DNA from: Nemertoderma westbladi
Taxonomy: Eukaryota; Animalia; Xenacoelomorpha
Reading direction: 5' to 3'
Assembly: GCA_032718475.1 (NCBI GenBank)
Contig: JAUCBJ010003987.1
Span: forward strand, 1 to 64,000
DNA: 64,000 nt
This document shows positions 13,401 to 25,569 of this stretch, one piece after another. The notes below the pieces were generated by a model, which saw nothing but the letters and a program-made list of their open reading frames with translations, had not been told where the DNA came from and did no database searches. How positions within the stretch are numbered: position 1 is the stretch's first letter; every line of letters starts with the position of its first letter. A program made the translations under genes and the position numbers.

Positions 13401-14180
13401 CGCAGCACTAGTCCCTCGGTTGGAGTTCCGTATCTAGCTAGTTTCTGTTCGCAGCACTAGTCCCTTGGTTGGAGTCCCGTATCTAGCTAGTTTCTGTTCG
13501 CAGCACTAGTCCCTTGGTTGGAGTCCCGTATCTAGCTAGTTTATGTTCGCAGCACTAGTCCCTCGATTGGAGTCCAGTATTTAGCTAGTTTCTGTTCGCA
13601 GCACTAGTCCCTCGGTTGGAGTCCCGTATCTAGCTAGTTTCTGTTCGCAGCACTAGTCCCTCGGTTGGAGTCCCGTATCTAGCTAGTTTTTGTTCGCAGC
13701 AGTAGTCCCTCGGTTGGAGTCCCGTATCTAGCTAGTTTCTGTTCGCAGCACTAGTCCCTCGGTTGGAGTCCAGTATTTAGCTAGTTTCTGTTCGCAGCAC
13801 TAGTCCCTCGGTTGGAGTCCAGTATTTAGCTAGTTTCTGTTTGCAGCACTAGTCCCTTGGTTGGAGTCCCGTATCTAGCTAGTTTCTGTTCGCAGCACTA
13901 GTCCCTCGGTTGGAGTCCAGTATTTAGCTAGTTTCTGTTCGCAGCACTAGTCCCTCGGTTGGAGACCAGTATTTAGCTAGTTTGTGTTCGCAGCACTAGT
14001 CCCTCGGTTGGAGTCCCGTATCTAGCTAGTTTCTGTTCGCAGCACTAGTCCCTCGGTTGGAGTCCAGTATTTAGCTAGTTTCTGTTCGCAGCACTAGTCC
14101 CTCGGTTGGAGTCCAGTATTTAGCTAGTTTCTGTTGGCAGCACTAGTCCCTCGGTTGGAGTCCCGATATCTAGCTAGTTT
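7425..14180. repeat. Satellite array, 48-49-bp unit (GTTCGCAGCACTAGTCCCTCGGTTGGAGTCCCGTATCTAGCTAGTTTCT), ~138 copies
   Basis: Period 49 (unit starts at 7425 and 7474); a few recurrent variants; no unique spacers. Confidence 0.97.
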
Positions 14181-14289
14181 CCGTGGTGAGGATAAGTTGC
14201 TTTATTATTACAACTTTATTTCAGTTGATGCAGTACTAGTAATGTAGTGTGTTAGCTAGGCCGTTTGCGCTTCCATCACAGCTGTATCA

Positions 14290-14790
14290 TATTTAATTTG
14301 TTTTTTTTTAACTTGGTACGCCAATACATTACAATTGAGCTAGACTGAGTTAATGACAGTATATTATAAAGAAGACAATAGGCCCTATAGATACGATAAA
14401 TAAATGATGTTCTGCTTGAAATTACACTGAATACGGATAGAACAATAATTAACGATATAACTAAAGTAAGTAACACCAATTGAGAATAATTAATGAAATG
14501 TTGTTCAGCTGTCAAAGTTTAGTTGTGGGCATTTAATTTCGCGTTGAATAATGTTGATAATATGTTAATATTTCGAATATCGCACATCGAATCGTTTCCA
14601 ACCTTTTATTCAACAACTAGATAGTTTTACAATCGCGTTTACAATTCTCCAATACAAGCAAGTGGTTTGAAGCTATTTGGTTATTATACACACATATAAA
14701 CATAAATAAATAATCACATAGTGTTTTTGAACGGCTCAACTCTTGACAAGAACTACCCTGGCCTGCCTATTAGTATGCAGGTTCGTTATA
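14290..14790 (-). mobile_element. Diverged partial copy of the Helentron-like element at 16645-17669
   Basis: Colinear similarity with 17155-17669 (e.g. cattacaattgagct, tttcgaatatcgcac, caagtggttt, terminal caggttcgtta). A further end fragment lies at ~3895-3962. Confidence 0.7.
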
Positions 14791-14804
14791 ATACTAGAAT
14801 AAAA

Positions 14805-15132
14805 CTATGTTTTATTTCAAAACAATTGTTTTATTTCAAAACAAATGTTTTATTTCAAAACAAATGTTTTATTTCAAAACAAATGTTTTATTTCAAAACA
14901 AATGTTTTATTTCAAAACAATTGTTTTTTTTCAAAACAAATATTTTATTTCAAAACAAATGTTTTATTTCAAAACAAATGTTTTGTTTCAAAACAAATGT
15001 TTTATTTCAAAACAAATGTTTTATTTCAAAACAATTGTTTTTTTTTCAAAACAATTGTTTTATTTCAAAACAAATATTTTATTTCAAAACAAATGTTTTA
15101 TTTCAAAACAATTGTTTTATTTCAAAACAATT
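14805..15132. repeat. 19-bp AT-rich tandem repeat (TGTTTTATTTCAAAACAAA)
   Basis: About 17 copies; the unit is partly self-complementary (TGTTTT...AAAACA). Confidence 0.9.
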
Positions 15133-15474
15133 GCCTTATTTCTTTTATTCTCTCACTAGCCTTATCATAACATCATGCTTTGTAGGCGCGATTAGTAGAG
15201 TTCTCCCCACAATTATATTTAAACTGTAATTAGATTTTATTTCAGTGGTCTTTATAACATTATTCAACAGTTAATTACCATGTGATTAACCAACCTCCTG
15301 TATTACACGTTTTATTGACATAATGTAAAACTGTAAGCGGCAACCTAATTTATACACCAATTTTGAGAAAAAAAAAAGTGAAGAAATAAGTGGTGTTATC
15401 GCTGTTTTGACTCTTTAAAACATTAATTTACAAAATAATAAGATACTAAAATACAATACGAAATACGAAAACTA

Positions 15475-18400
15475 TTTATTATTCGTATTATTATTATTAT
15501 TATTGTTATTATCGTACAGTGAATAAGAAATAATTATGCACGTACAGTTAGACAGACATAAATAGCACAATAATATAATGTAAGATTTTATATAGTTATT
15601 ATGTAATAAATAAGTAAATGTATATCTATTTTGGACCAAAAATAAACGACAATAATGATTTATATTACCTGCAATCAATCACAGCACAATTTAAATTAAA
15701 GAAAAAGAGGAAAAATCACAAAAGTAATCAGATTTACGAACCAAAATTTACAAATTCTAAAACAGCACTATAAAGTATAAATCACATTAAATTTTATGTT
15801 TAACATTAAACATATTAAATACATTTTTACATATCAAATTGAATTATTCGTTAAACAAAAAGTTTAATATCTGCTCAATTTCCTGTCGACTGAACCCAAA
15901 AATTCAATTTCATTTCTGCTCAAGTCAATTAACTAGAGTACAGCAAGCACAAATATACTGAATATATAATATAATATATAATATAAATATAAATATAGAC
16001 TATGGTAACTAAGTAGAAATGATCAGCTTGTACACATATACGATAACATATAATCTAATTCTTCTGCAGAAAACCCCGGCACTTCTAAAGTGCTCAGCCG
16101 GCAATCCAAAAGTTCCCTACAAATGCGCACTTTATAATTGTTAGCACCGTCACTGCATGGTACATACTTCAATATCTTAACTTGATTATGTTTTAATAAT
16201 CTTAAATTGTGTTCATTACATAAATTGCCAATTTTCCTAAAATTACACCCGCCACGAGATCTACAATCAAATAAAAATAATTCTGCCAAGAAACGAATAG
16301 ATGGTTTTAAAGAGGTCAATAAACTTTGAGCAAACGAAACAAACCTAGATTGAATCATTATACATGGGTGATTGAACTGCACAATATTTTCTACGATATA
16401 TCTATGTGTTGTACGGGGTAAGCCAAAAATAATCCTAACATTGATATTCCAAGCACTATAAATACGTGTACATTGTGGAGAAAAAAGGTCCCAAAGACTA
16501 CTACCATAAAAACATGTGGCATAAATTCGTTGTATGTTACACAATTGATACGGATCCGCGAAATAAAATTCTTGTCGTAATGCATTTATCTTTCCTATGA
16601 ATTGACCGCGTTTACGTAAAGTATCGGGTTCCATTGAATTCTTACTAGAACGCCATCAAGATGGCTTTAAACGAACCTGCCTTACACAGACTCCAAGAAA
16701 CAGATGGGATTGGAAGATGCAAACCAAGAATGACTTGCATCAACCAAAAAACTGCCTCCCATCTAATGTAATACACATTCGCCTAGGCAAACAAATCATA
16801 ATCACAATTACTACGATGATGTGTGAAATGGTATCCATATCCGCAACCTGAGAAACGGCCCAAAAGAGCAGTTTATTCTGCGGAGGGGTCTTTTCTGTAT
16901 TAGATAAATAAAATAAAGAACACTAATTATTTATACCTAATACATTCTCAGTTAGCCTAATAAAAACATCGGAGCAACCAATATAATGTACATGTACAAG
17001 CATCCTATGAAAGTTTGTGAAATGTTCCCTTAAGTCTACCCAACAGCCGTTGGTACCCGGCTGGCAGCCACCCTGGTTCAGTTTTATGGTTTTGTTAGTT
17101 TAATCGACAGCTGTTGTAAACGTCCCAGATATACAAAACCTACTAAGCCTTTGCATTACAATTGAGCTTAGCCTAAGTTGATGACAGTATTATAACGATG
17201 ACAATTAGGCCCTATAGATACATACGATATATAAATGATGTACTGCTTGACATTACACTAACTGGATGAATAGAGATAGAACTATAATAATACGTTTGGC
17301 ATTCTGTCAGATTTCAGTAGTAAGTAACCTCATAATAATTGCTAAATATCAATCACCTGAAAAACATTTCAAGCAAGGGAGTTGTGGGTATTTAATTTCG
17401 CGTTCAATAATGTTGAAAATATGCAAATATTTCGAATATCGCACTTCGAATCGTTCCCAACTTTTTTATTCAACAACTAGACAACAATTGATAAATACTT
17501 GCGTTTACAATTTTACAATGCATGCAAGTGGTTTCAAGCCATTTGGTGAACATACATAGTGAGTGATATAGTGACATACATATATAGTGATATAGGTAAA
17601 TATATCCATCGTGTTTTTGCCGGCCTCAGCTTTAGACAAAAACTACCCAGTCTAAAGACAGGTTCGTTATAATCCATTACATTCCCAAGATGCAGCGCCT
17701 GCTTCACCCACGGAAGATTAACCCCATATAAACCGATGTGAATATGAGGCTCAGACCATATGGAGTCGAAACGTATACATTTAGATTTCGATTTATCAGG
17801 ATCGCCGTTCGTGCTAAATACGAGGTTGTGTTCCTTTGCAAAATCTTCACAAAGAGATACCATGTATTGAAGACCAAGTATGGAGGGGCAGAGCAGAAGA
17901 ATGTCATCGGCGTAAGCTAAGATCCCTAAGTAAACCTTTCCTATATGGCACCCTACTTTCGAAGATCGTAACTTTTTTATCAACTTGTCTAGTAGTACAC
18001 AGAACAAAATTGGGCTGGCCACGGAACCTTGTCTAACCCAGTTTGATAGAGTGAACGAGTCAGAATGCGAATTATTCCACCGCACACAACAGGATTGGTT
18101 ACTGTAAATCCATAATAACACACGAAGAAATAAAGCCGAGAAACCTTTCTTAATTAGTTCTAGGAATAATTTGCCCCATTCAACCATGTCGAACGCCTTT
18201 GACAAATCTAGTAGACAACCATAGACCGGAGTAGAATGCCGGGAGTAATATCCAACGACCTCAGAGGCCGCCCAAGTACATTGGGTAGTACTGGAGCCAG
18301 ACTGGAACCCAAACTGCAATTCGTCCAATAGCAACCTTTGTGACTGGGATAGAAGCATTACCCACTCGAACAGTTTAATCAATAACGAGGATAGAGCAAT

Positions 18401-18935
18401 CGCCCTGTAATTATTAGATGTATTCTGATTACCCAGTTTGTCTTTAATTAATGGAATAATAACACATGTCAGGATGAACTGCGGAACAAAACCGTGAAAT
18501 AAGAAAGAGTTGAACAATTTACTAATATGTAACCGTAATTCAGGAGGACCATTAATCAAACAATCCGAGTCGAACCCAAAAGTAACGTCCGATTTTGAAC
18601 TTTTTAATCTATGTAAGGCCTCGTCAACCAACTCGGGTGAGATTTTGTGAAAATCGTCTGTAGAACCTCTTAACTTATATTAAATTGTCTGTTTTAATTG
18701 TTCAATATTAGAGTCATACGGTTGATTGAATAAATCGGAGTAAATACTGGCAAACTTATTGGCTATAGACTGTGGATCGGAACAATCATCAACTGTAGCA
18801 CTAACAGTACAGGGAACTGAACGAAGTTTCTTAATCTCTCTAAATATATCTGAGTTAGTTTGCAAACAAGCCTGTATAAGTTTATCGCGGCGAACTTTAT
18901 CTGCAGACTTCTTCAATCTACGTACAGCGTACTAT
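15475..18935 (-). mobile_element. 5'-truncated non-LTR retrotransposon (RT ORF2), interrupted by an insertion
   Basis: ORFs 18680-18916, 17534-18631 (NYRAIAL, QFGF, LDLSKAFD, VRQG, YADD, HLG) and 16023-16634 form one ORF2. AT-rich 3' UTR and an (AAT)n tail near 15475-15510. Clade not assigned. Confidence 0.88.
16645..17669 (-). mobile_element. Non-autonomous Helentron/DINE-1(HINE)-like element
   Basis: Splits the LINE RT between HLGNVMDY and KNSMEPD. Subterminal inverted repeat AACGAACCTG/CAGGTTCGTT, stem-loop CTTTAGAC...GTCTAAAG at one end, and hairpin GCCATC-TT-GATGGC followed by CTAG at the other end (minus strand). Confidence 0.7.
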
Positions 18936-19659
18936 AAGATATGAAGTCAATTTTTATGAATGGATACGAAATACTAATTTCCGTTTTCATATCGTATCGT
19001 ATCCTGATCCTGTTATGTTGTTAGATATGATAGTTATAGGGCAAGTTCAGTTCGTACTTCGTCTCTCATCATTTGTGGTGACCTATCTAATAACCCTAAC
19101 GTATGTGCGATCTACCATCTATTGATGCTATCTACCATTGATCATACCAACTTCTCAGACACGACCACGCTTCTTCTTATCTAGCCCTTGACCGGCAGTA
19201 GGTCCACTGATGCAGAGCTCGAAAGGCAAGGATACAAGTATAGCGAGACAGTCCACACCCCTTATCTACCTGGAACCCATTCAGCGAGCTTTACAATCCA
19301 CTGATAATAAAAAGTAATAAAATTCCCCAGGTTAATAAATATTTATATTATCCCATTTGTCTATACAATCTTCTTTACTAGCCTTTAAAAGCCATTCGAC
19401 GTTTTGCATATTTTTGGTTTATTAATCATTTAATTAACCCATCCATTGACACAACGCATTCCGATATCAATATAAACTCTAAGCCAACACACCTGCTGGC
19501 TGTTGATCCTTCTACCACACTTAACAAACCAACTTTAATTTATTACACCATTCATTCGCTTTATCTATCTCTGTTTTACTCAATTTAAAGTTTATGTATG
19601 AAAATAATATCACAACTAGGTACCGTCAGAAGGGATGTGAACAGAAAGTATTGGAATAA

Positions 19660-20472
19660 GTTAGGGCTGAGGTGGAACGGGTTGGGACTGAAGAGGAACG
19701 GCTTGGGGATGAAGTGGAACGGGTTGGGGCTGATGTGGAACGGGTTGGGGCTGATGTGGAACGGGTTGGGGCTGAGGTGGAACGGGTTGGGGCTGATATG
19801 GAACTGGTTGGGGCTGAGATGGAACGGGTTGGGGCTGAGGTGGAACGGGTTGGGGCTGAGATGGAACGGGTTGGGTATGAGATGGAACGGGTTGGGGGCT
19901 GAGGTGGAACGGGTTGGGGCTGAGATGGAACGGGTTGGGGCTGATGTGGAACGTGATGGGGCTGTGGTAGAACTGGTTGGGGTTGAAGTGGAATGGGTTG
20001 GGGCTGAGGTGGAGCGGGTTGGGGCTGATATGGAACGGGTTAGGGCTGAGGTGGAACGGGTTGGGGCTGATATGGAACGGGTTGGGGCTGATATGGAACG
20101 GGTTGGGGCTGAGATGGAACGGGTTGGGGCTGAGGTGGAACGGGTTGGGGCTGAGGTGGAACGGGTTGGGGCTGAGATGGAACGGGTTGGGGCTGAGGTG
20201 GAACGTTATGGTGCTGTGGTAGAACTGGTTGGGGTTGAAGTGGAATGGGTTGGGGCTGAGGTGGAGCGGGTTGGGGCTGATATGGAACGGGTTGGGGCTG
20301 AGGTGGAACGGGTTGGGGCTGATATGGAACGGGTTGGGGCTGATATGGAACGGGTTGGGGCTGAGGTGGAACGGGTTGGGGCTGAGGTGGAACGGGTTGG
20401 TGCTGAGATGGAACGGGTTGGGGCTGAAGTGGAACGAGTTGGGGCTGAGGTGGAACGGGTTGGGGCTGAGAT
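19660..20472. repeat. G-rich 21-bp minisatellite (GGAACGGGTTGGGGCTGAGGT)
   Basis: About 38 copies; strongly strand-asymmetric G-runs. Confidence 0.95.
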
Positions 20473-20592
20473 GGATTCTAATGGTGGTGAAAGTTGATAT
20501 TAGCACCAGTCCAACAAAATAATATTAATTACTATGCCTATTAATAATTCATAAATAAGAATTACTCTGGATAAAATCTGAGTTTGGGAACC

Positions 20593-21366
20593 ATGTTACT
20601 ATTCTTATATTTATATTTAATACTCTCAGTACTTTACTTACATCCTATATTTGGTATAGGAACCACCACAGCATACAGAAGAGTAGCTGGTACCGACCAC
20701 ATTCTAGAAGGAAGTAACCTTGGCAACGAAAGCTTTAAAGACAGCGTCGCTCAGTGCGCAATAACTTGTTCGTCCACCCATGGATGCTTATCGTTTAACT
20801 ACAAGCAGGTTGAGAAGCTCTGTCAGCTAAAAGATATCGAGGCTGGTGATGTTGATACAACCGGTCTGGTTCAACATGTAAAAGGGGGGTACTTCTCCCG
20901 GTCTCCGACGTGTAAAGTTGGCTGGAAATACAGACAGGGGAGCTGCTATTGGCTGGATACAGCGCCGACAACTTGGGCCAATGCCAAGGCCGAATGTGAA
21001 GAGAAGAGAGCCAAACTGCTGTACTTGAACCCGGAGGAGAACTTCAAAGCGGAAATGCGATGGTTAAAAGAGATGGTTGAACCGTATGGAGTATCTGCAT
21101 ACTTTGTAGGAGCCACTGACAGCGATCATGAAGGTGTGTGGAAATGGAGCAATGGGTTGCAACTAACAGTGGAGCAAATGTTTGCAAGGTTTGGACAACT
21201 GACGTTCTCGAATCATAATGGTTTAACTGGTGGTAATCGTGGCCTGGACAACTATGGAAATGAACAACACGTTCTGCAATTTTATCCGTCATTTTTAACA
21301 TTTAACGATACCAACGATTTAAAGCATCGTCCCTTTATTTGCAAATACTCAGCGGAACTAAAATAA
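20593..21366 (+). CDS. Secreted PAN/Apple-domain + C-type lectin-like domain protein, intronless
   Basis: ATG at 20593, then a hydrophobic signal peptide. PAN-like CAITCSSTHGCLSFNY...CQL. CTLD CKVGW..GSCYW...TWANAKAEC...VGATD..HEGVWKW...FICK. Confidence 0.88.
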   Translation: MLLFLYLYLILSVLYLHPIFGIGTTTAYRRVAGTDHILEGSNLGNESFKDSVAQCAITCSSTHGCLSFNYKQVEKLCQLKDIEAGDVDTTGLVQHVKGGYFSRSPTCKVGWKYRQGSCYWLDTAPTTWANAKAECEEKRAKLLYLNPEENFKAEMRWLKEMVEPYGVSAYFVGATDSDHEGVWKWSNGLQLTVEQMFARFGQLTFSNHNGLTGGNRGLDNYGNEQHVLQFYPSFLTFNDTNDLKHRPFICKYSAELK

Positions 21367-21834
21367 CTGACTGTTAAACTATCAATACATTCCGCATAAA
21401 ATATCGACCGTTTGGATTTTATTTACATAAATATGAAATTGGTAGCTGCAACCTAATTCATACACCAATTTTAAGAAAAAAATGTTAAGAAATAATTGGT
21501 GTTATTGCTGGTTTGACTGTTGAAATATATATATTTATAAAATAAATTATCTCACTTACATCATTCATTTATATACAAGTTAAATAGGCAGCAGTTCTCG
21601 CGATTACCGAGATTGGGATCTGCTACCAATGGTCACAGATAATGTTGAAAAATTAAAGCTTGGACCAGGCGGGCGGGATACGAATCGTGTGAGTACACCG
21701 ATGCTGAGCTACCCTCAAATCCACACTAATATTTCAAAAAGTCCATATCCTAGAAAACCCTAACTATTACTGTAGTTGGTTTTGTTTCGTTTTCTTACCT
21801 TCCCCTCCCCCTTTCTCTCCTTTCCAACCCACGC

Positions 21835-22035
21835 TTACTTGGTTGATGGCCGGCCCTGCAATGTATTGGTTGTGTGTTCGAGCCCCGCCAGGGTTCACTC
21901 AGCCTTTCATTCCCCCCTGGGTCGATAAAACGAGAACCAGTTAAAATAATGGGAGCAAAATTTTGGATAGGAGTAGCGACCACCCCTACCTTCAGGCCTA
22001 TCTATCTATTTAAATAGGCGCCTCTGGCCTAGACC
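21835..22035 (+). mobile_element. tRNA-derived SINE with Nin-domain-like core
   Basis: B-box-like GTTCGAGCCCC followed by TCACTCAGCCTTTCATTCCCCCCTGGGTCGATAAAA, resembling the Nin-SINE core (from memory; not aligned). Confidence 0.55.
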
Positions 22036-23691
22036 GACTGCTTGCATTACATGTTTAAGAGAGATTATAACATTATTTATGTAGATGCATACGATTGTCC
22101 ACAAGCTGTTCTCATGGCGAAAACAACCAAAGTCAAGAATATGGACTCAAAACGGTTTGTGAGATGGATCATATCCATCTGGTTCATATGCATATGGATC
22201 ATATTCATATGGATCATAATCTATATGGATCATATCAATAAGATTATCGATAATATTGCTAAAATTATGTTCTATAAGATATCGATAATATTTTTAATAT
22301 TATGTTCTGAGTCATTGTTTTTAACTATAAAACGCTTCTTAAAATACTTACTAGATGTTCAGCAATTTCCACTGCGGGCAGTTTAGCACACAGAGAATGA
22401 TGAGTCCGCTGCAGTTTGGGTCAACTTATTGAACTGAACTGAACTGGTTGAACTGAAAAATTTAGTTTGTATTTTTGTAAGCGGATCCATTCCGCTCTAC
22501 ATTTCCAACCTAAATTGGAAGGGAGCCGAATAAACAATATTGGACCCAGAGAAATACCGAATCAGTAAGTGGGCACCAACAAGCCCACTTACAGCTACAG
22601 GAAATCATACCAGGCAAATTAATACCCCACTAAGTGGAACCTTATGGCAGACAGATGAGTGGTGTGACTGGACTTGTGGGGGGGGGGGGGGGGGGGGTAA
22701 TAACATTACTTACATTAATATAATAACGCTAATAATACTACCGTATGTGATAATTCCAATATTAATGAACGTGTTAGTACGCAAATTAATATTTTAATAA
22801 ATAACAACCAAAATATTACTGGTACTGGCACAATAAATAATGTATATAATAACAATTTGATGAATAACAACATAGAAAATAATGCACAAAATAATTCATA
22901 ATACAGTGAATAATGAAGCAAAAAATAATACGCCTAGTGGCGGGAATGAAGGTGGGGATGCAGGTGGGCCATACTAGTGGCAATATAAGTAATGTGTCGA
23001 CCGGAAGAGTGTGTGGAGAAGGGGTTAACCGAGACGCTCATAGAAGTGACGGGTGGGGGGGGGGGGGGGGGGCAATAAATACCCCACAGGCATCGGCTGG
23101 GGGGCGTGCACAGTGAAACAAAACTCGGAGTGCCAATGCCGGAAGAGAATAGAAGATTAGCGAATATCTATGAAGCCGTACTACCGGGTAGGGGATGAGG
23201 TGGTCACGCCATAATCGGCCAAATTAAGGAACGTCAAACCCATTCAGGAGAGTTCATCCGGGAGATCGAAACTAGATCTCATGAATGTGGATATGATGCC
23301 AGAAGTGGACGACGCGGGGAAAGTGGGAGGATTACTCGAGGTAATGTTGCTGTTGCTACGAGCAACTGGAGGAGTCGAGATAGGACGGACAGTGAACCGT
23401 CAATAATCGAGGTGGAGGAGACAAACCGGTGGGACCTAACTTCGGGAGATTGCTGTCGCCCCGAAGAGACGCGGTCTGTGGATTTATATTACGCAATGGG
23501 AGGAGGGTATAGGATGTACCGAGAGAATGAATGAAACGAGATGATTTGAGGGGATCGTAGAGAAACTTCCCATTAACAAATTAACCCATGAAAACCATTA
23601 CTCCTCTCTCAAACCTTCACAAACCAAAATTAATAAAATTATCCGATGCATCCCATTTTCTCACTACCGATCGCAATCATCGTCAAACACT

Positions 23692-24390
23692 AGTAGTAAG
23701 AGTATGCCATCCTCGGCGACAGTTAGACCAACTTCACACCTTAGGTGTTAAGTAGGTCATTAATTAATTAAACAATTAATTAATTTGTCGATTAATCAAT
23801 TAATTAATTGTTTAATCGATCGATTTGTATCAAATAATGTTGCCAAAGGCAATTTAATTTGACAAAAATCAATCAGATAGGGACGTGCGATGAATAGATT
23901 GTACTACAGTAGATAAAATATACAATACAATAGGAACAATAATACAATATACAGTGCATTTGTATTATTTTTGCCGTACAATAGAATGATAGAATGAAAT
24001 ATAAAGAAGCGAGCGGGGCCCAAAACATAAATTAGCGTCACACGATAATAAAATGGGCCAGTTTGATCCTAGCTCAGTCCCTCAATAATCTGTGGCTGTT
24101 TGGGCTCTTATTAGACGTAGCATGACTAACCCCATTGAATCCTATGTTGAGTTATACTGTATACCAACCTGGGGCTGCCACAAAGTTTAAATTATTTAAA
24201 CCTCCAGCTTCGTTATCATGTAGACCATTGTCAAATCGCCCGAGAAATTAGAATAAACATCTGGTTTTGCAATAGATTGCATTCTTTCACATTGTATTGT
24301 GAAGCAGCCTGCGCGCCTAATCGCACGCTCCAAGTATTAGCTCAGTGACAAAGCCAATACCCAAAAACCATATGTCAAATTAACCCTCAA
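23692..24390 (+). repeat. Left terminal inverted repeat of the Polinton-like element
   Basis: Reverse complement of 28312-29013 with scattered substitutions. Confidence 0.95.
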
Positions 24391-24606
24391 GAAAAATCCA
24401 AGAAACATCTGGTTTGCAATAGATTATTCTTTTTCACAACTCCATTCTAGCTTCCCTCTATAATAGCCCCCATTCACTGCATTCCCATTCATTCTCTAAT
24501 TTTCATTTTTAAAAGTTTTATTTATTTTAATAAAAGTTTTATTTATTTAAAATTTTGTAAAATCATTTAACGAAAATTGAATACTATCAATTGAAATTGC
24601 TATATA

Positions 24607-25325
24607 ATGCCTAGTTATGAAAAATGCATGGTTTGTGATAAAGAAATGAGACGAGACAGTATATCCCGCCATATGAGTATACATAGAAAGCAAGGTGTAA
24701 TGGAACCTTCCCCAAAGAAATTAAAAAATAATGATGATATTTTTAGTGAAGAAGAGAACAAAAAGAGAGTTGAGAGTGATTTTCTAGAGATTAAACAAAT
24801 GATGAAACATAAATTCGAGAAAATCATGAATATTTTGAAAAATATACAGAAACAGCCACATAGTGAAAAGGATGATGAGATGAAGATGATAAATCAGAGG
24901 AAAGTGAAAAGGTTGAGAATGATGAAACGGAGAGTGAGATAGAGAAAGAAGAAAATGAGAGTGGTGATGAAGAAAATGAGAGCGAGAAAGAAGTCGAGGA
25001 ACATGAAAGTGGGGAGGAGAATGACTCAGATAATGAGGAGATATTAAGACATGTATTAGGAAATAAAAATAAATTGCAGAAAATAATTAGACAATTGAAT
25101 GAAATGCAGAAACATTCGCATAAGGAGAGTGATAATGATGGAAATGAGAGTGGTGAGGATGAATCGGAGGAGAGTAGCGATGACAGTGAGGAAGAATCAG
25201 AGGAGAGTAGCGATGACAGTGAGGAAGCATCAGAGGAGAAAGATAATGAAAATGGACAGAAAATCAGAGTAGGGAATGGAAAAGTTATATCTCCAGCACT
25301 GTTGTATATCGACCTAGGAGTATGA
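24607..25325 (+). pseudogene. C2H2-like zinc finger + highly acidic protein, one frameshift near 24879
   Basis: CMVC-x11-HMSIH and PSPKKLK (NLS-like). Shifting frame at GATGAG/ATGAAG gives an open D/E/S-rich frame that continues into ORF 25074-25325. AATAAA at ~25445. Confidence 0.7.
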
Positions 25326-25569
25326 ACAGTCGTACAGTTAATGCGAGACATTAATTATAACTGAAATATTGTATATGTTTGAAATATTTATTATATTTAG
25401 TCGTATTAATTATGTAATTTCATAATAATATGCTTAATTAAACAAATAAAGTCAACTTGATCCTATTTTAAATGCATAATGAATGAGTAACCAAAACATC
25501 AAATTAGTTAAACATTTTGACAACAGATAAACAAATATTCTCCTGTGGGGAGAAGTGGTGTGCTGGAGA

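Noticed and set aside
7425-14180. CRISPR array or tandem tRNA genes
   Set aside because: Units are head-to-tail with no unique spacers and no cas genes. The GTTCG and TAGTCC..GG motifs only loosely resemble Pol III boxes, and a 49-bp unit cannot fold as a tRNA.
14721-15229. Three overlapping FYFKTN-repeat ORFs
   Set aside because: Translation of the 19-bp tandem repeat.
19598-20522. Repetitive ORFs (WNGLGLR / VERVGAE / FHLSPNP)
   Set aside because: Artefacts of a 21-bp minisatellite that is open in several frames.
22900-23690. GC-richer segment flanking the Polinton as a gene
   Set aside because: I could not find a sustained reading frame or recognisable motif; probably decayed TE sequence.
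24824-25351. 175-aa Ser-rich minus-strand ORF
   Set aside because: Antisense shadow of the acidic plus-strand frame.
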